From the IMG/VR virus record IMGVR_UViG_3300048905_000045: 64,000 bases of DNA; one strand, written 5' to 3'. Origin of the DNA: an uncultured virus (IMG/VR IMGVR_UViG_3300048905_000045). Taxonomy: Duplodnaviria; Heunggongvirae; Uroviricota; Caudoviricetes. The notes under the pieces were generated by a model. It was not told the DNA's origin. It did no database searches and saw nothing but the letters and a program-made list of their open reading frames with translations. The translations under genes and the position numbers were made by a program. This document shows positions 53,170-62,598 of this stretch, piece after piece (position 1 is the first letter of the stretch; the number at the start of each line of letters is the position of its first letter).

Positions 53170-53904
53170 ATGAGCTGGCCCGTAATCTGGCCCGGCGGCA
53201 CCACCCCCGCCGGGGCCTCCCCTGAACAGGTGGCGCTGGCGGAGACGTACGCCGCCAACACCCTGCGGTTCCTGACCCTGAACAGGGTCGGCGGGAACCC
53301 GATCACCGTCATGCCCTGCGCCCGGACCTGCCGCAGGCCGCTGATGCGGGCCGCTCTGTTCTCCCCCGTCCCCTTCTACCCGTCCGCGACGGACCTGCGC
53401 GCCTGCGGGTGCTCGCTCGGGTGCGGGTGCTCCGGCGTCGGCGGCGTCGAACTGGACGGCCCCGTCGGGCGCATCGACGAGGTCAAGATCAACGGCACCG
53501 TGCTGGGCCCGGATGAGTACCTTGTCATGGACGGCCACACGCTGATCCGCAAGGACCACACCAACTGGCCCGCCTGCGCCGGGAAGGACTTCACCGTCAC
53601 TTACCTTCAGGGCTACGAGGTCGACGACATGGGGAAGTTCATCGCCGGTCTGCTCGCCGAGGAATTCATCAAGGCGATGCTCGCGGACAAGAAGTGCCGC
53701 CTGCCCTCCACCATCACCACGATGGCGCGGCAGGGGATCAGCTACGAGCTGACCAAGGGCATGTTCGTTGACGGCGTCACGGGCATCCCGGAGGTCGACG
53801 CGTATGTGGTGCTGTGGAATCCGTACGGCCTGCGCACCCGCCCCGCGGTGTACTCCCCTGACCTGCCGCACTCCCACCAAGTCACCCTCGGGAGCTGGCA
53901 GTAA
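53170..53904 (+). CDS. Head-to-tail adaptor
   Basis: 'CRLPSTITTMARQGIS', 'TGIPEVD..V..WNP'. Confidence 0.8.
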   Translation: MSWPVIWPGGTTPAGASPEQVALAETYAANTLRFLTLNRVGGNPITVMPCARTCRRPLMRAALFSPVPFYPSATDLRACGCSLGCGCSGVGGVELDGPVGRIDEVKINGTVLGPDEYLVMDGHTLIRKDHTNWPACAGKDFTVTYLQGYEVDDMGKFIAGLLAEEFIKAMLADKKCRLPSTITTMARQGISYELTKGMFVDGVTGIPEVDAYVVLWNPYGLRTRPAVYSPDLPHSHQVTLGSWQ

Positions 53905-54398
53905 TGGCACAGTCCGCCCGGCAAATGGCCGACATCCTCCTCGCTTCCCTCGTTGTCGCACTGCGGGACAAGGGGGGCGAGGAGGTCTGCTCCACCGCGA
54001 TCTACCACGGCGACTCTGTCACCCTCGACTACGCCGACTGCGGTGGGATGGCGTGGGTGCGGCTGGTGTCCACCGGCCCGTCACGGAACTTCCCCTCCGT
54101 CATCTCAGACCTGAACGCCTGCGGCGCCTCGCTCGCACACACGTTCGAGTTGGGCGTGATGCGCGCGGCACCGCTGGCGACGGCACTGCTGGCCGGGTCC
54201 GGCGTGGACCTGCCCGACGACGCCGAGAACACTGAGGCCGCGGCGCTGGCGCTCGATGACATGGAGGCGCTGTGGGCCGCGATCCAGATGGCGGCGCAGG
54301 ACATCGAACTGCTGGTGCCGGGGACCTACACCCCGGTCGGCCCGACGGGCGGCTCGCTCGGCGGCACATGGTCTGTGACGGTCGGGGACGATGACTGA
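53904..54398 (+). CDS. Probable tail terminator
   Basis: Position; 'WVRL', 'ELGVMR', 'GPTGG..G..W'. Confidence 0.65.
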   Translation: MAQSARQMADILLASLVVALRDKGGEEVCSTAIYHGDSVTLDYADCGGMAWVRLVSTGPSRNFPSVISDLNACGASLAHTFELGVMRAAPLATALLAGSGVDLPDDAENTEAAALALDDMEALWAAIQMAAQDIELLVPGTYTPVGPTGGSLGGTWSVTVGDDD

Positions 54399-54883
54399 TG
54401 CCTACCGCGTTTGTCCGCGTCCATGAGGGCGCGGTCCAGTCGTTCCTCCTCCCCGGCCAGCCGGTCGATGAGCTGATCCACAACACCGCCCAGCACACCC
54501 GTGCGTTCGCCCGCGAGCACATCAACAACCGCACCGGGGCGCTGTCGCGGTCGATTCAGGTCAACCGGCCGACCCGCACCGGGCCGCTGACAAACTCCTC
54601 ACTGGTGGTGGCGCTGTCCAAGCACGCGCTATACGTCCACGAAGGGACGGGCCGCATCTTCCCGAAGCACGGCAAGATGCTGACCATTCCCAAACAGAAC
54701 TACGGAATCAGCGGGGGCGGCAACCCGTCCGGCGGTTCACTGCGCAAAGCGTGGCGTTCCGGCGGACGCGTGGCGTTCCCCGACGGCGCCCCGTACTTCA
54801 CCCGGCGCTCCATTAGCGGTCAGAAGGCGAACCCATTCCTGAAGAAGGGCCTCGCCGAGGCTATGGCACTCGTTCGCAGATAA
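54398..54883 (+). CDS. HK97 gp10-like neck protein
   Basis: 'RTGALSRSI', 'HALYVHEGT', 'GQKANPFL'. Confidence 0.75.
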   Translation: MPTAFVRVHEGAVQSFLLPGQPVDELIHNTAQHTRAFAREHINNRTGALSRSIQVNRPTRTGPLTNSSLVVALSKHALYVHEGTGRIFPKHGKMLTIPKQNYGISGGGNPSGGSLRKAWRSGGRVAFPDGAPYFTRRSISGQKANPFLKKGLAEAMALVRR

Positions 54884-54977
54884 GCCGCGCCTTCCACGGA
54901 TACTGAGTACCCGCCGGTACTCTGATACTGGCCGTGCAATCGGCCACTCCGGGAGACTGAAATACAGGAGACATCCG

Positions 54978-55409
54978 TTGAAAGAATTTGTTACAGCCGT
55001 AAAGACCGAGGACGAAGCTGAAGAGGGCATCACCTTCAAGCACAACGGCCGCGAGGTGACGTTCTACCGTCCCTCCAAGGGCCAGCAGACGATGATGCTC
55101 GCCATGGGCGGGCGTGGCATGAGCGAAGAAGCAATCGGCCACTTCATCCACCTGTGGATCAACCTCGGCGACGACGACACCCAGCGCTATTTCCAGGACC
55201 TGTTGCTCGACCGCAAGAGCGGCTTCGACATCGACAGTGAGGGTGGCATCTTCGACATCTGGGAGCACCTTACCGAGGAGTGGTCGGGAAAAGATTCCCA
55301 GAAGCCGTCCGGCTCGCGTGCGTCGCGGCGGGCAACTGGCGCCAAATCGACGGGCACTACTCCGGTAAGGGCGTCGACCTCCTCGCGCTCCCGCTCCCTC
55401 GATTCCTAA
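54978..55409 (+). CDS. Tail assembly chaperone (short form)
   Basis: AGGAG RBS, TTG; directly upstream of the tape measure gene. Confidence 0.85.
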   Translation: MKEFVTAVKTEDEAEEGITFKHNGREVTFYRPSKGQQTMMLAMGGRGMSEEAIGHFIHLWINLGDDDTQRYFQDLLLDRKSGFDIDSEGGIFDIWEHLTEEWSGKDSQKPSGSRASRRATGAKSTGTTPVRASTSSRSRSLDS

Positions 55410-55546
55410 ACGTCATCTATGACTGGGCAATGAATCACCAGAGCGAGGAAGACGCCCTCCGATGGTCGGAAACCCTCGCCAGTCCCCTCCCCAGTTCGTC
55501 GGACGAAATGGACGGTAACGAAATTGACCAGCTCAGCAAGCTCTAA
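54978..55546 (+). CDS. Tail assembly chaperone, -1 frameshift form
   Basis: Slippery G GGA AAA at 55286-55292 enters ORF 55280..55546. Confidence 0.85.
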
Positions 55547-55571
55547 GCAGTAAACGAAAGGACGGGTCACC

Positions 55572-58500
55572 GTGGGTATTGGACGCGAAGTAGCTGACGC
55601 GTATATCAGCGTCCACGGTGACCTGTCCCCGTTCCGGCGTTCCCTGAGCGGAGCCCAGAAGGACATCGAGAAGGCGGCGAAGAACAACGCTGACACCTAC
55701 GCGGAAGCGTGGGGCAAGCGACTCGAAAAGCAGACCGGTGACCGGTGGAACTCCATCGTCGACGCGATGTACTCGCAGGAAAAGCTCGACATCAACAAGA
55801 TGATCGAGCACTTCGATCCGACCGACCTCGACAACGCGCAGACGAAGATCAACAAGTTCCTGCTGGACATGTCACGGAACCAGCACCTCACCGGCGATTA
55901 CTACAAAGATGTCAAGCGGGACATCAACGCCGCCATCGAGGGGATGCGCGAACGCAACAGGCTCGATGCCGAGAACGAGCAACAACTGCGCGGGCTGAGC
56001 ATGGCGCTGGAGGCGAACAGCAAGTTCCTTGCGGACGCGAACAAGGAGAACGAGCGCTGGGCGCGCACCCTCGACGGCATCCGCAAGAACAACGCCATCG
56101 GCGACATGGAAGGCGACTTCCGCAAACTGGCCGGGACCATGAAGTCCGCCGACTTCGCCGACTTCGCGAAGGGCTTCGACACCTTCACGGAACTGCGCAA
56201 GCGCGTCTACGACGTCACCGCCGCCATGCAGGAGCAGGGCCGGATGTCGGACGAGCAGGCCGCCGTGATGCGCGAGAACGTCAACATGTTCATCCGCGGC
56301 GAGCACCAGAAGTCCGACGCGATGCGCGAGACGCTGGCCGAGACGAACCGGCTGAAGAAAGCTCAGGACGAGTACAACGGCTCGCTCTCCGGGATGGCCA
56401 GGAACTTCCACATCGGGAAGCTGGAGAACGACTTCCGCAACCTTGCCGCCGCGATGGACTCCAACGACTTCTCCCACTTCGCCCGCGGCGCGGACAACCT
56501 CCGGGACATGCGGTTGCAGATCGCGAACACCGCGAACGAGATGCGCAGGCTCGGCCGGATGACCGATCAGGAATACCTGCTGGTGCTCCAGCGCACCACC
56601 GCCCTGACGCACTCCTTCAACGACAACGACGGCGCAATGAAGCGCTCGATCATCACGGGGGCACGGCTGAGGAAGGTCTTCTCCGGGATGGGCCGTGCAC
56701 TGCGCGGAACCCGGGAGCACCTTCAGGGCTTCGCCGGGCTGAACGTCTTCGGCGACATGATCCGGGAGGGACTGGACTTCATCCACAACCTCGACCGCAT
56801 CGCGGTGTCGGCGTCCAAGGCATTCCTGAAGGTCGGCGCGCTGGGCTCGGTTGCCGGGTCCTCCCTCGCGGGCCTGTTCGTCATCGCCACCGACCTCGGC
56901 GCCGTCATCGGCGGGCTCGGCGCGGCCCTGCCCGGCTTCCTCGTCGCCGCGGGCATCTCCGGCGGCGTGCTGTACGCGGCGCTGAAGGACATGAAGACGG
57001 TCCTGAAGGACCTGACCCCGCAGTTCAAGAAGCTTCAGGACACCATCTCCAGCAAGTTCTGGGCGCAGGCGAAGAAGCCGATCACCGACCTGACCAAGGC
57101 GCTGATGCCGCTCCTGACCACGAAGCTCGGCGCGACCGGCACCGCATGGGGCAAGGTCTTCGGCTCCCTCGCCGATTCCATCAAGGCGATCCCGCAGAAG
57201 CGCATCGCGGGAATGTTCGACCGGATGAATAAGGGCATCGACATTGCCGCCGGGGCCATGCCGCCGCTGATCCGCGCGTTCACCAACCTCGGCGACGCCG
57301 CGTCCCGGCAGTTCGAGCGCTTCGGCACGTGGATCAAGAAGATTTCCACCGACTTCGACAAGTTCATCCAGAAGGCGTCCGACAACGGCGACCTCGACAA
57401 GTGGATCAACAACATGGTCGACGGCTTCAAGAACCTCGGCCGCGCCGCCGACGGCACCTTCGGAATCATCAACGCCATCTCCGACGCCGCGAAGCGGGCC
57501 GGGTCCGGCGGGCTGAAGGAATTCGCCGACAAGCTTCAGGGCATCGCGAAGGCCATGCAGGAGCGCGGCTTCCAAGACACCCTCACCACGTTCATCTCGG
57601 GCATGAACATCGCCGTCGGCAAGATGGGCGAGGCCATCAAGGGCCTCGGCCCGGCACTCCAGTCCGTCATGCCCTCCATCAAGATCGCCCTGTCCGACGT
57701 CGGAGACTCGGTCGCCACGATCATCGGCTACCTCGGCCAGATTCTTTCCAACCCCACCGTGCAGAAGGGCATCACGGACTTCAGCAATGGGGTCAAGACG
57801 GCGCTGGGCCTGCTCGCCCCCGCCGTGAAGCCGTTCGCCGATTCGCTCGGCAACGCCATGTCCCTGCTGGGCAAGGTCGTGGAGTCCGTTGCGAAGATCG
57901 CCACCGCGTTCACCGTCAACCTCGCCCCCGTCCTCGACCAGATGTCGATTAAAGTCCAGACCCTGCTGGACCCGCTCTCGAACATGGCCACCAACGCCAT
58001 CGAAAAGCTGAAGCCTGTCGCGGACGCGCTGGACAAGTTCATCGTCGGACCCATCGTCGCGGCGATGAACTCCTCCCTGATCCCGTCGTTCAACGGCTTC
58101 GTGGACAAGGCCAGCCCGGTACTGGCCAAGATCGTCGAAGACCTCGGCCCCGTGCTGAAAAGTCTGGTCAACGACGTACTGCCGAACGCGGTGAAGTTCG
58201 CCACCGAACTGCTGGACCCGCTGGGGAAGGTCTTCGACCTGTTCACCCCGGCGCTCAAAAAGCAGATCGACGACGTCGCGGGCGGCTTCAGTTCGCTCTC
58301 CGCCGCCATGCGGATCGCGAAGGGCGAGGCGCGCACCGAGGACTGGGGCACCCTGTTCGGCGCGTTCTCCATGGACGGCTTCAACAAGGCGCAGAAAGCC
58401 TACGAGGAGCAAATCAAGAACGCGCCCAAGACGGACTGGGGCGACATCTTCGGCGAACTGCTCGGCGGCAACGCGCAGAACGGCATGGCAATCGCGTGGA

Positions 58501-60257
58501 ACGAGAAAATCTACCCGGAGCTGGTCAAGGCCGGGCAGTGGCTGGACGAGCACGTCAATGACGGGCTGGACCGGATCTTCGGCAACGGCCAGTTCTGGAA
58601 GGACGCCGCCTCCAACAACATCGACCTGTCCAAGGGCCTGACGGACTGGCTCAAAGGCCAGTTCGACGAAATCGGCAGGGCCAACGAAGAACTCAGCGGC
58701 ACGATCACCACCGCCCTCAACGACTGGTGGGGCGGCATCAAGGGCATGGCGCAGGACTGGTTCAAGAGCACCTTCGGGTTCGGCAACGACAGCTCCAAGC
58801 CTGCCGGTGGAAGCATCAGCGGCGGCGGCGGTGCGGGCGGCAAGGGCATGGGCGTGATGGGCAAGATTACCGAGGAGATGCTCGGCAACACCGGCGACCC
58901 CGCAACGGTCGTCACCGAACCGTTCGCCGGAATCAGTCAGGCGATCAACGACAGCCTCGCCCAGATCAACGGCGTCGTCGGCGGACTCACCGGCGCGCTC
59001 GGCGAAATCTGGAACGGATTCTGGGGCGGCTTCGGCACCGTCGTCTCCGACGTGTGGACGAACATCACCACGTGGATCGGAACCTTCGCGGGGCAGATCG
59101 GCGCGAACATCGCCAGCTTCATCGGCACCGTCTCGACTACTTGGAATAGCTTCTGGGCCGGAGTCGGCCAGACCGTCTCCAGCATCTGGACACAGATCAC
59201 CACGTGGATCAGCACCACCGTTGGGCAAATCGCAGGCAACATCGGTTCCTTCATCGGCACAGTGACCGCCAACTGGAATGCGTTCTGGGCCGGAGTCGGG
59301 CAAACAGTGTCGGCTATCTGGGCCCAGATCACCGGCTGGATCGGCCAGCAGATCGGCGCCATTGCGGGGAACATCGGCAACTTCATCGGCACCGTCACCT
59401 CGAACTGGAACAACTTCTGGTCCGGGGTTGGCGCCAAGGTGTCCCAGACGTGGGCGCAGATCACCGGCTGGATCAACCAGCAGGTCGGTGCAATCATCGG
59501 CCGGATCGCCGGGTTCATCGGACAGGTCACGGGAAGCTGGAACGCCTTCTGGGGCGGGGTCAGTGCGCGCGCCTCACAGGCGTGGGCGCAGATCAGCGGC
59601 GCTGTCTCCAACGGCGTCTCCAGCGTCATCGGCTGGGTCGCCGGACTGCCGGGCCGGATCAGCGGCGCCATCGGCAACGCGTGGGGCATCCTTCAGGGTG
59701 CCGGTGAGGCGATCATGGGCGGCCTGCGCCGCGGCCTCGAATCGGCGTGGTCCGGCGTGCAGAACTTCGTCGGGACCATCGCGCAGTGGATCGCGGACCA
59801 CAAGGGCCCGATCAGCTACGACCGGACCCTGCTCGTGCCCGCCGGTGAGGCGATCATGTCCGGCCTCGAAACGTCCATGAAGGACAAGTTCGGCAACGTC
59901 ATGGACTTCGTCTCCTCAATGGCGTCGATGATGGCGTCGGCGTTCAACCACTCGGACATGTATATCGCCGGGAAGAACGCCTCGCAGGGGTTGGCCGACG
60001 GCCTGCTCGCGAACAAGTCCACCATCGCGGCGGCCTACTCCAATCTCGGCACGTTCGCCACCGGCGACCCGGCGGGCCTCGGCACGCTGAAGATCGCCCG
60101 GGGTGACGACCGGTCGTCAGGCACGACGGCGTCGCATTCCTTCGCCCCGGGCGCGGTACAGGTCGCCGTCACCACACAGGCGACGGACGCGGGCCTCGTG
60201 GCCAGCAAGGTCACCGATTCACTCGACGACGCGTTCGCGCGCTTCTCAGGACTGTAG
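55572..60257 (+). CDS. Tape measure protein
   Basis: 1561-aa helical protein; about 40-aa W/F-periodic repeats near 59010-59690. Confidence 0.95.
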   Translation: MGIGREVADAYISVHGDLSPFRRSLSGAQKDIEKAAKNNADTYAEAWGKRLEKQTGDRWNSIVDAMYSQEKLDINKMIEHFDPTDLDNAQTKINKFLLDMSRNQHLTGDYYKDVKRDINAAIEGMRERNRLDAENEQQLRGLSMALEANSKFLADANKENERWARTLDGIRKNNAIGDMEGDFRKLAGTMKSADFADFAKGFDTFTELRKRVYDVTAAMQEQGRMSDEQAAVMRENVNMFIRGEHQKSDAMRETLAETNRLKKAQDEYNGSLSGMARNFHIGKLENDFRNLAAAMDSNDFSHFARGADNLRDMRLQIANTANEMRRLGRMTDQEYLLVLQRTTALTHSFNDNDGAMKRSIITGARLRKVFSGMGRALRGTREHLQGFAGLNVFGDMIREGLDFIHNLDRIAVSASKAFLKVGALGSVAGSSLAGLFVIATDLGAVIGGLGAALPGFLVAAGISGGVLYAALKDMKTVLKDLTPQFKKLQDTISSKFWAQAKKPITDLTKALMPLLTTKLGATGTAWGKVFGSLADSIKAIPQKRIAGMFDRMNKGIDIAAGAMPPLIRAFTNLGDAASRQFERFGTWIKKISTDFDKFIQKASDNGDLDKWINNMVDGFKNLGRAADGTFGIINAISDAAKRAGSGGLKEFADKLQGIAKAMQERGFQDTLTTFISGMNIAVGKMGEAIKGLGPALQSVMPSIKIALSDVGDSVATIIGYLGQILSNPTVQKGITDFSNGVKTALGLLAPAVKPFADSLGNAMSLLGKVVESVAKIATAFTVNLAPVLDQMSIKVQTLLDPLSNMATNAIEKLKPVADALDKFIVGPIVAAMNSSLIPSFNGFVDKASPVLAKIVEDLGPVLKSLVNDVLPNAVKFATELLDPLGKVFDLFTPALKKQIDDVAGGFSSLSAAMRIAKGEARTEDWGTLFGAFSMDGFNKAQKAYEEQIKNAPKTDWGDIFGELLGGNAQNGMAIAWNEKIYPELVKAGQWLDEHVNDGLDRIFGNGQFWKDAASNNIDLSKGLTDWLKGQFDEIGRANEELSGTITTALNDWWGGIKGMAQDWFKSTFGFGNDSSKPAGGSISGGGGAGGKGMGVMGKITEEMLGNTGDPATVVTEPFAGISQAINDSLAQINGVVGGLTGALGEIWNGFWGGFGTVVSDVWTNITTWIGTFAGQIGANIASFIGTVSTTWNSFWAGVGQTVSSIWTQITTWISTTVGQIAGNIGSFIGTVTANWNAFWAGVGQTVSAIWAQITGWIGQQIGAIAGNIGNFIGTVTSNWNNFWSGVGAKVSQTWAQITGWINQQVGAIIGRIAGFIGQVTGSWNAFWGGVSARASQAWAQISGAVSNGVSSVIGWVAGLPGRISGAIGNAWGILQGAGEAIMGGLRRGLESAWSGVQNFVGTIAQWIADHKGPISYDRTLLVPAGEAIMSGLETSMKDKFGNVMDFVSSMASMMASAFNHSDMYIAGKNASQGLADGLLANKSTIAAAYSNLGTFATGDPAGLGTLKIARGDDRSSGTTASHSFAPGAVQVAVTTQATDAGLVASKVTDSLDDAFARFSGL
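60104..60119. repeat. 16-bp palindrome copy inside the tape measure gene
   Basis: TGACGACCGGTCGTCA, read as DDRSS. Confidence 0.95.
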
Positions 60258-60266
60258 GAAGGCGCC

Positions 60267-61481
60267 ATGTATAACGGCTGGCTGGAGTACGCGGGCATTG
60301 AACTGATCAATGCGGCGCGGACGAAGAAGTACATCACCACCCTGCTCGCGGGCCTCGACGTCCGGTGCGACACCTCCGGGCTTCAGGCCGCGCGGGCGCA
60401 GGCCAACTACGTGTCCCCGGCGGCGGACAACGCCCCGTGGTACAAGGCCACCCGGCCCGCGACCGGCCGGTTCTACGGGCTGTTCCCCGCGACCATGGCC
60501 GGGGAGGAGGACGCGTCCCGCGAGGTCGGCGTCATCGAACTTTCCGGCGACGGCGCGACCTACGGCAGGCCCCGTTACGGGTCACGGGAAATCCGGGTCA
60601 CCGCGATGGCGTTCGCCGCCGACGAGGAGGCCATGGGCGAGGGCCTGTCGTGGCTCAGGGACGCGCTGGCGACCGGGGAGTGCGCCGAGACGACCGGGGC
60701 GTGCACGAACAACGAACTGCGCATGTACCTTGCCCAGCCGAAGAACGGCACCGCCGACAACCACATGATCCGCACCTTCATTCGGACCGAAATCCTCGAC
60801 AATCTCACCGTCACCCGGCAGATGGGCTCGCGGGTGTGCGTCGCGAAGATGGTCGAGTTCATCTTCACCGTCGGCGTGCCGTGGGCATTCACCCCCAAGA
60901 CCCTCGTCGGCTCCCTGAGCATGGACACCGGCACCGCGTCCTTCACCGACCCCGCCGGGGAGGACTGCTACAACACCTCCAACGCCTACACCAACTTCGT
61001 CGCCGACCCTTTCTACACCGCCATCGTGAAGCCGCCCGCCCCACCCGTGGTGAAGCCGCCGAACGTCATCAAGCCCGCCTCGTGGCGGCGCCGGACTCTG
61101 GCCGTGACGCAGTCGGAAGTGGACCGCTGGGGCCGGGTCGCCCCGGTGGTGACGCTCTCGGTCGGCGCGTCCGGCGGCTCGCTGATCCGGGTCCGGTTCT
61201 ACGGGAACGGCACAGTGTCCGGGTGCGGCTTCGAGGGCGAGTTCTACGTCTCCTACATCCCGCCCAGCTCCTCGATGATCCTCGACGCGATGCGCCGGGA
61301 AATCACGGTGGTGCGCTCGAACGGCGCGAAGGTCCCCGGCGGCCAGCTCGTCTACGGTTCCGACGGCCTGCCGCTGAAGTGGCCGTCCCTCGGGTGCAGT
61401 GCCTCCTACACCATGACCGTCGACATGCTCCCGGGGCAGACCGGCATCACCGCCCTCCTCGAATCCTCCGTAAGGGAGTAG
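60267..61481 (+). CDS. Minor tail protein (distal-tail-like)
   Basis: Follows the tape measure gene; 'GIELINAART'. Confidence 0.85.
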   Translation: MYNGWLEYAGIELINAARTKKYITTLLAGLDVRCDTSGLQAARAQANYVSPAADNAPWYKATRPATGRFYGLFPATMAGEEDASREVGVIELSGDGATYGRPRYGSREIRVTAMAFAADEEAMGEGLSWLRDALATGECAETTGACTNNELRMYLAQPKNGTADNHMIRTFIRTEILDNLTVTRQMGSRVCVAKMVEFIFTVGVPWAFTPKTLVGSLSMDTGTASFTDPAGEDCYNTSNAYTNFVADPFYTAIVKPPAPPVVKPPNVIKPASWRRRTLAVTQSEVDRWGRVAPVVTLSVGASGGSLIRVRFYGNGTVSGCGFEGEFYVSYIPPSSSMILDAMRREITVVRSNGAKVPGGQLVYGSDGLPLKWPSLGCSASYTMTVDMLPGQTGITALLESSVRE

Positions 61482-61484
61482 CCC

Positions 61485-62582
61485 GTGGCCCTGTCCTGCC
61501 AGACCCATACCGCGTTCATCTACGACCGGGGCGGGTTCCGCCAGATGATTGCGCTGACCCCGCTCCAGCGGGTGAAGTGGGAGCGCCGCCGCGACGACAT
61601 CTCGACCGCGACGGTGTTCCTGTCCACGCCCGGGAAGCAGTGTGCCGAACAGCTCGGGCTGGTCGAGGCAGGCCGGGTGGAGCTGGTCATCTTCCGCGGC
61701 ACCCAGCGGGTGTGGGAGGGCCCGGTGACCCGGGTCGCGTACAAGGGGCAGACCGTGGAGATTTTCGCGGGCGACGTCATGACGTACGTGAACCGCACGG
61801 CGATGCGCGGCGAGTACGATTCGCGCTACCCGAACACCGAGTACACCATCGACCGGGTGAAGCGGATCATGAACACCGAGGTGGCCCGCAAGGAGGCGCT
61901 GGACCCGCCCTACAACATCCTCGCGAACGTCCAGTACCTCTACACCACCCCGCGCACGGACTCGCGCACCGCGGCCCACACCCTGCCGTACGCACAGACC
62001 GTGTTCGATCACGTCGACTCCTATGCGGCGCGCGGCGGTCTGGACTACACCGTCGTCGGCCGGTCCATCCTGTTCTGGGATGTGCACCAAGCCATCGGGC
62101 AGACCCCCATGGTGACTGAGTCCGACTTCCTCGGCGATCTGGTGATTACCCAGTACGGTGCGGAGCTTGCCACGCAGGTTTACATCTCTGACGGCAAGGG
62201 GCACCACGGCCAGTACGGCGCCGTCGACCCTTACTACGGTGAGTGGGAAATGGTGCAGGATGCGTACGACGAGAACACGTCCGGCCCCGACGATGCGACC
62301 GACCCTACCGTCGGCGAAATGAACTCGCAGGCGTCGCGCATCTGGTCGCAGACGAAACGGCCCCCGCTGGTCGCCCGTGTGCCGGACAATACCAGCCTCA
62401 ACCCGGCCGGTGTGCTCAGCGTTGACGACCTTGTTCCGGGTGTGTGGGTTCCTCTTACCGTCAGCGTGCCGGGTCGTACCGTCTCGCAGATGCAAAAGCT
62501 GGATAACATGACGGTTGAGGAGAGCGCGGAAGTGGGTGAGGTCATTACTGTGACCCTGTCCCCGGCTCCGATCCAGACATAA
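61485..62582 (+). CDS. Minor tail protein (hub-like)
   Basis: 'WERRRDDISTA', 'RVWEGPV', 'DLVPGVWVP'. Confidence 0.85.
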   Translation: MALSCQTHTAFIYDRGGFRQMIALTPLQRVKWERRRDDISTATVFLSTPGKQCAEQLGLVEAGRVELVIFRGTQRVWEGPVTRVAYKGQTVEIFAGDVMTYVNRTAMRGEYDSRYPNTEYTIDRVKRIMNTEVARKEALDPPYNILANVQYLYTTPRTDSRTAAHTLPYAQTVFDHVDSYAARGGLDYTVVGRSILFWDVHQAIGQTPMVTESDFLGDLVITQYGAELATQVYISDGKGHHGQYGAVDPYYGEWEMVQDAYDENTSGPDDATDPTVGEMNSQASRIWSQTKRPPLVARVPDNTSLNPAGVLSVDDLVPGVWVPLTVSVPGRTVSQMQKLDNMTVEESAEVGEVITVTLSPAPIQT

Positions 62583-62598
62583 GAGGAAGGGACCGCCA

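Noticed and set aside
55872..59303. Long antisense ORFs (also 524..3157, 40155..41729, 46686..48410, 60582..62669)
   Set aside because: Shadow frames of high-GC genes with strong codon bias; no RBS or motifs
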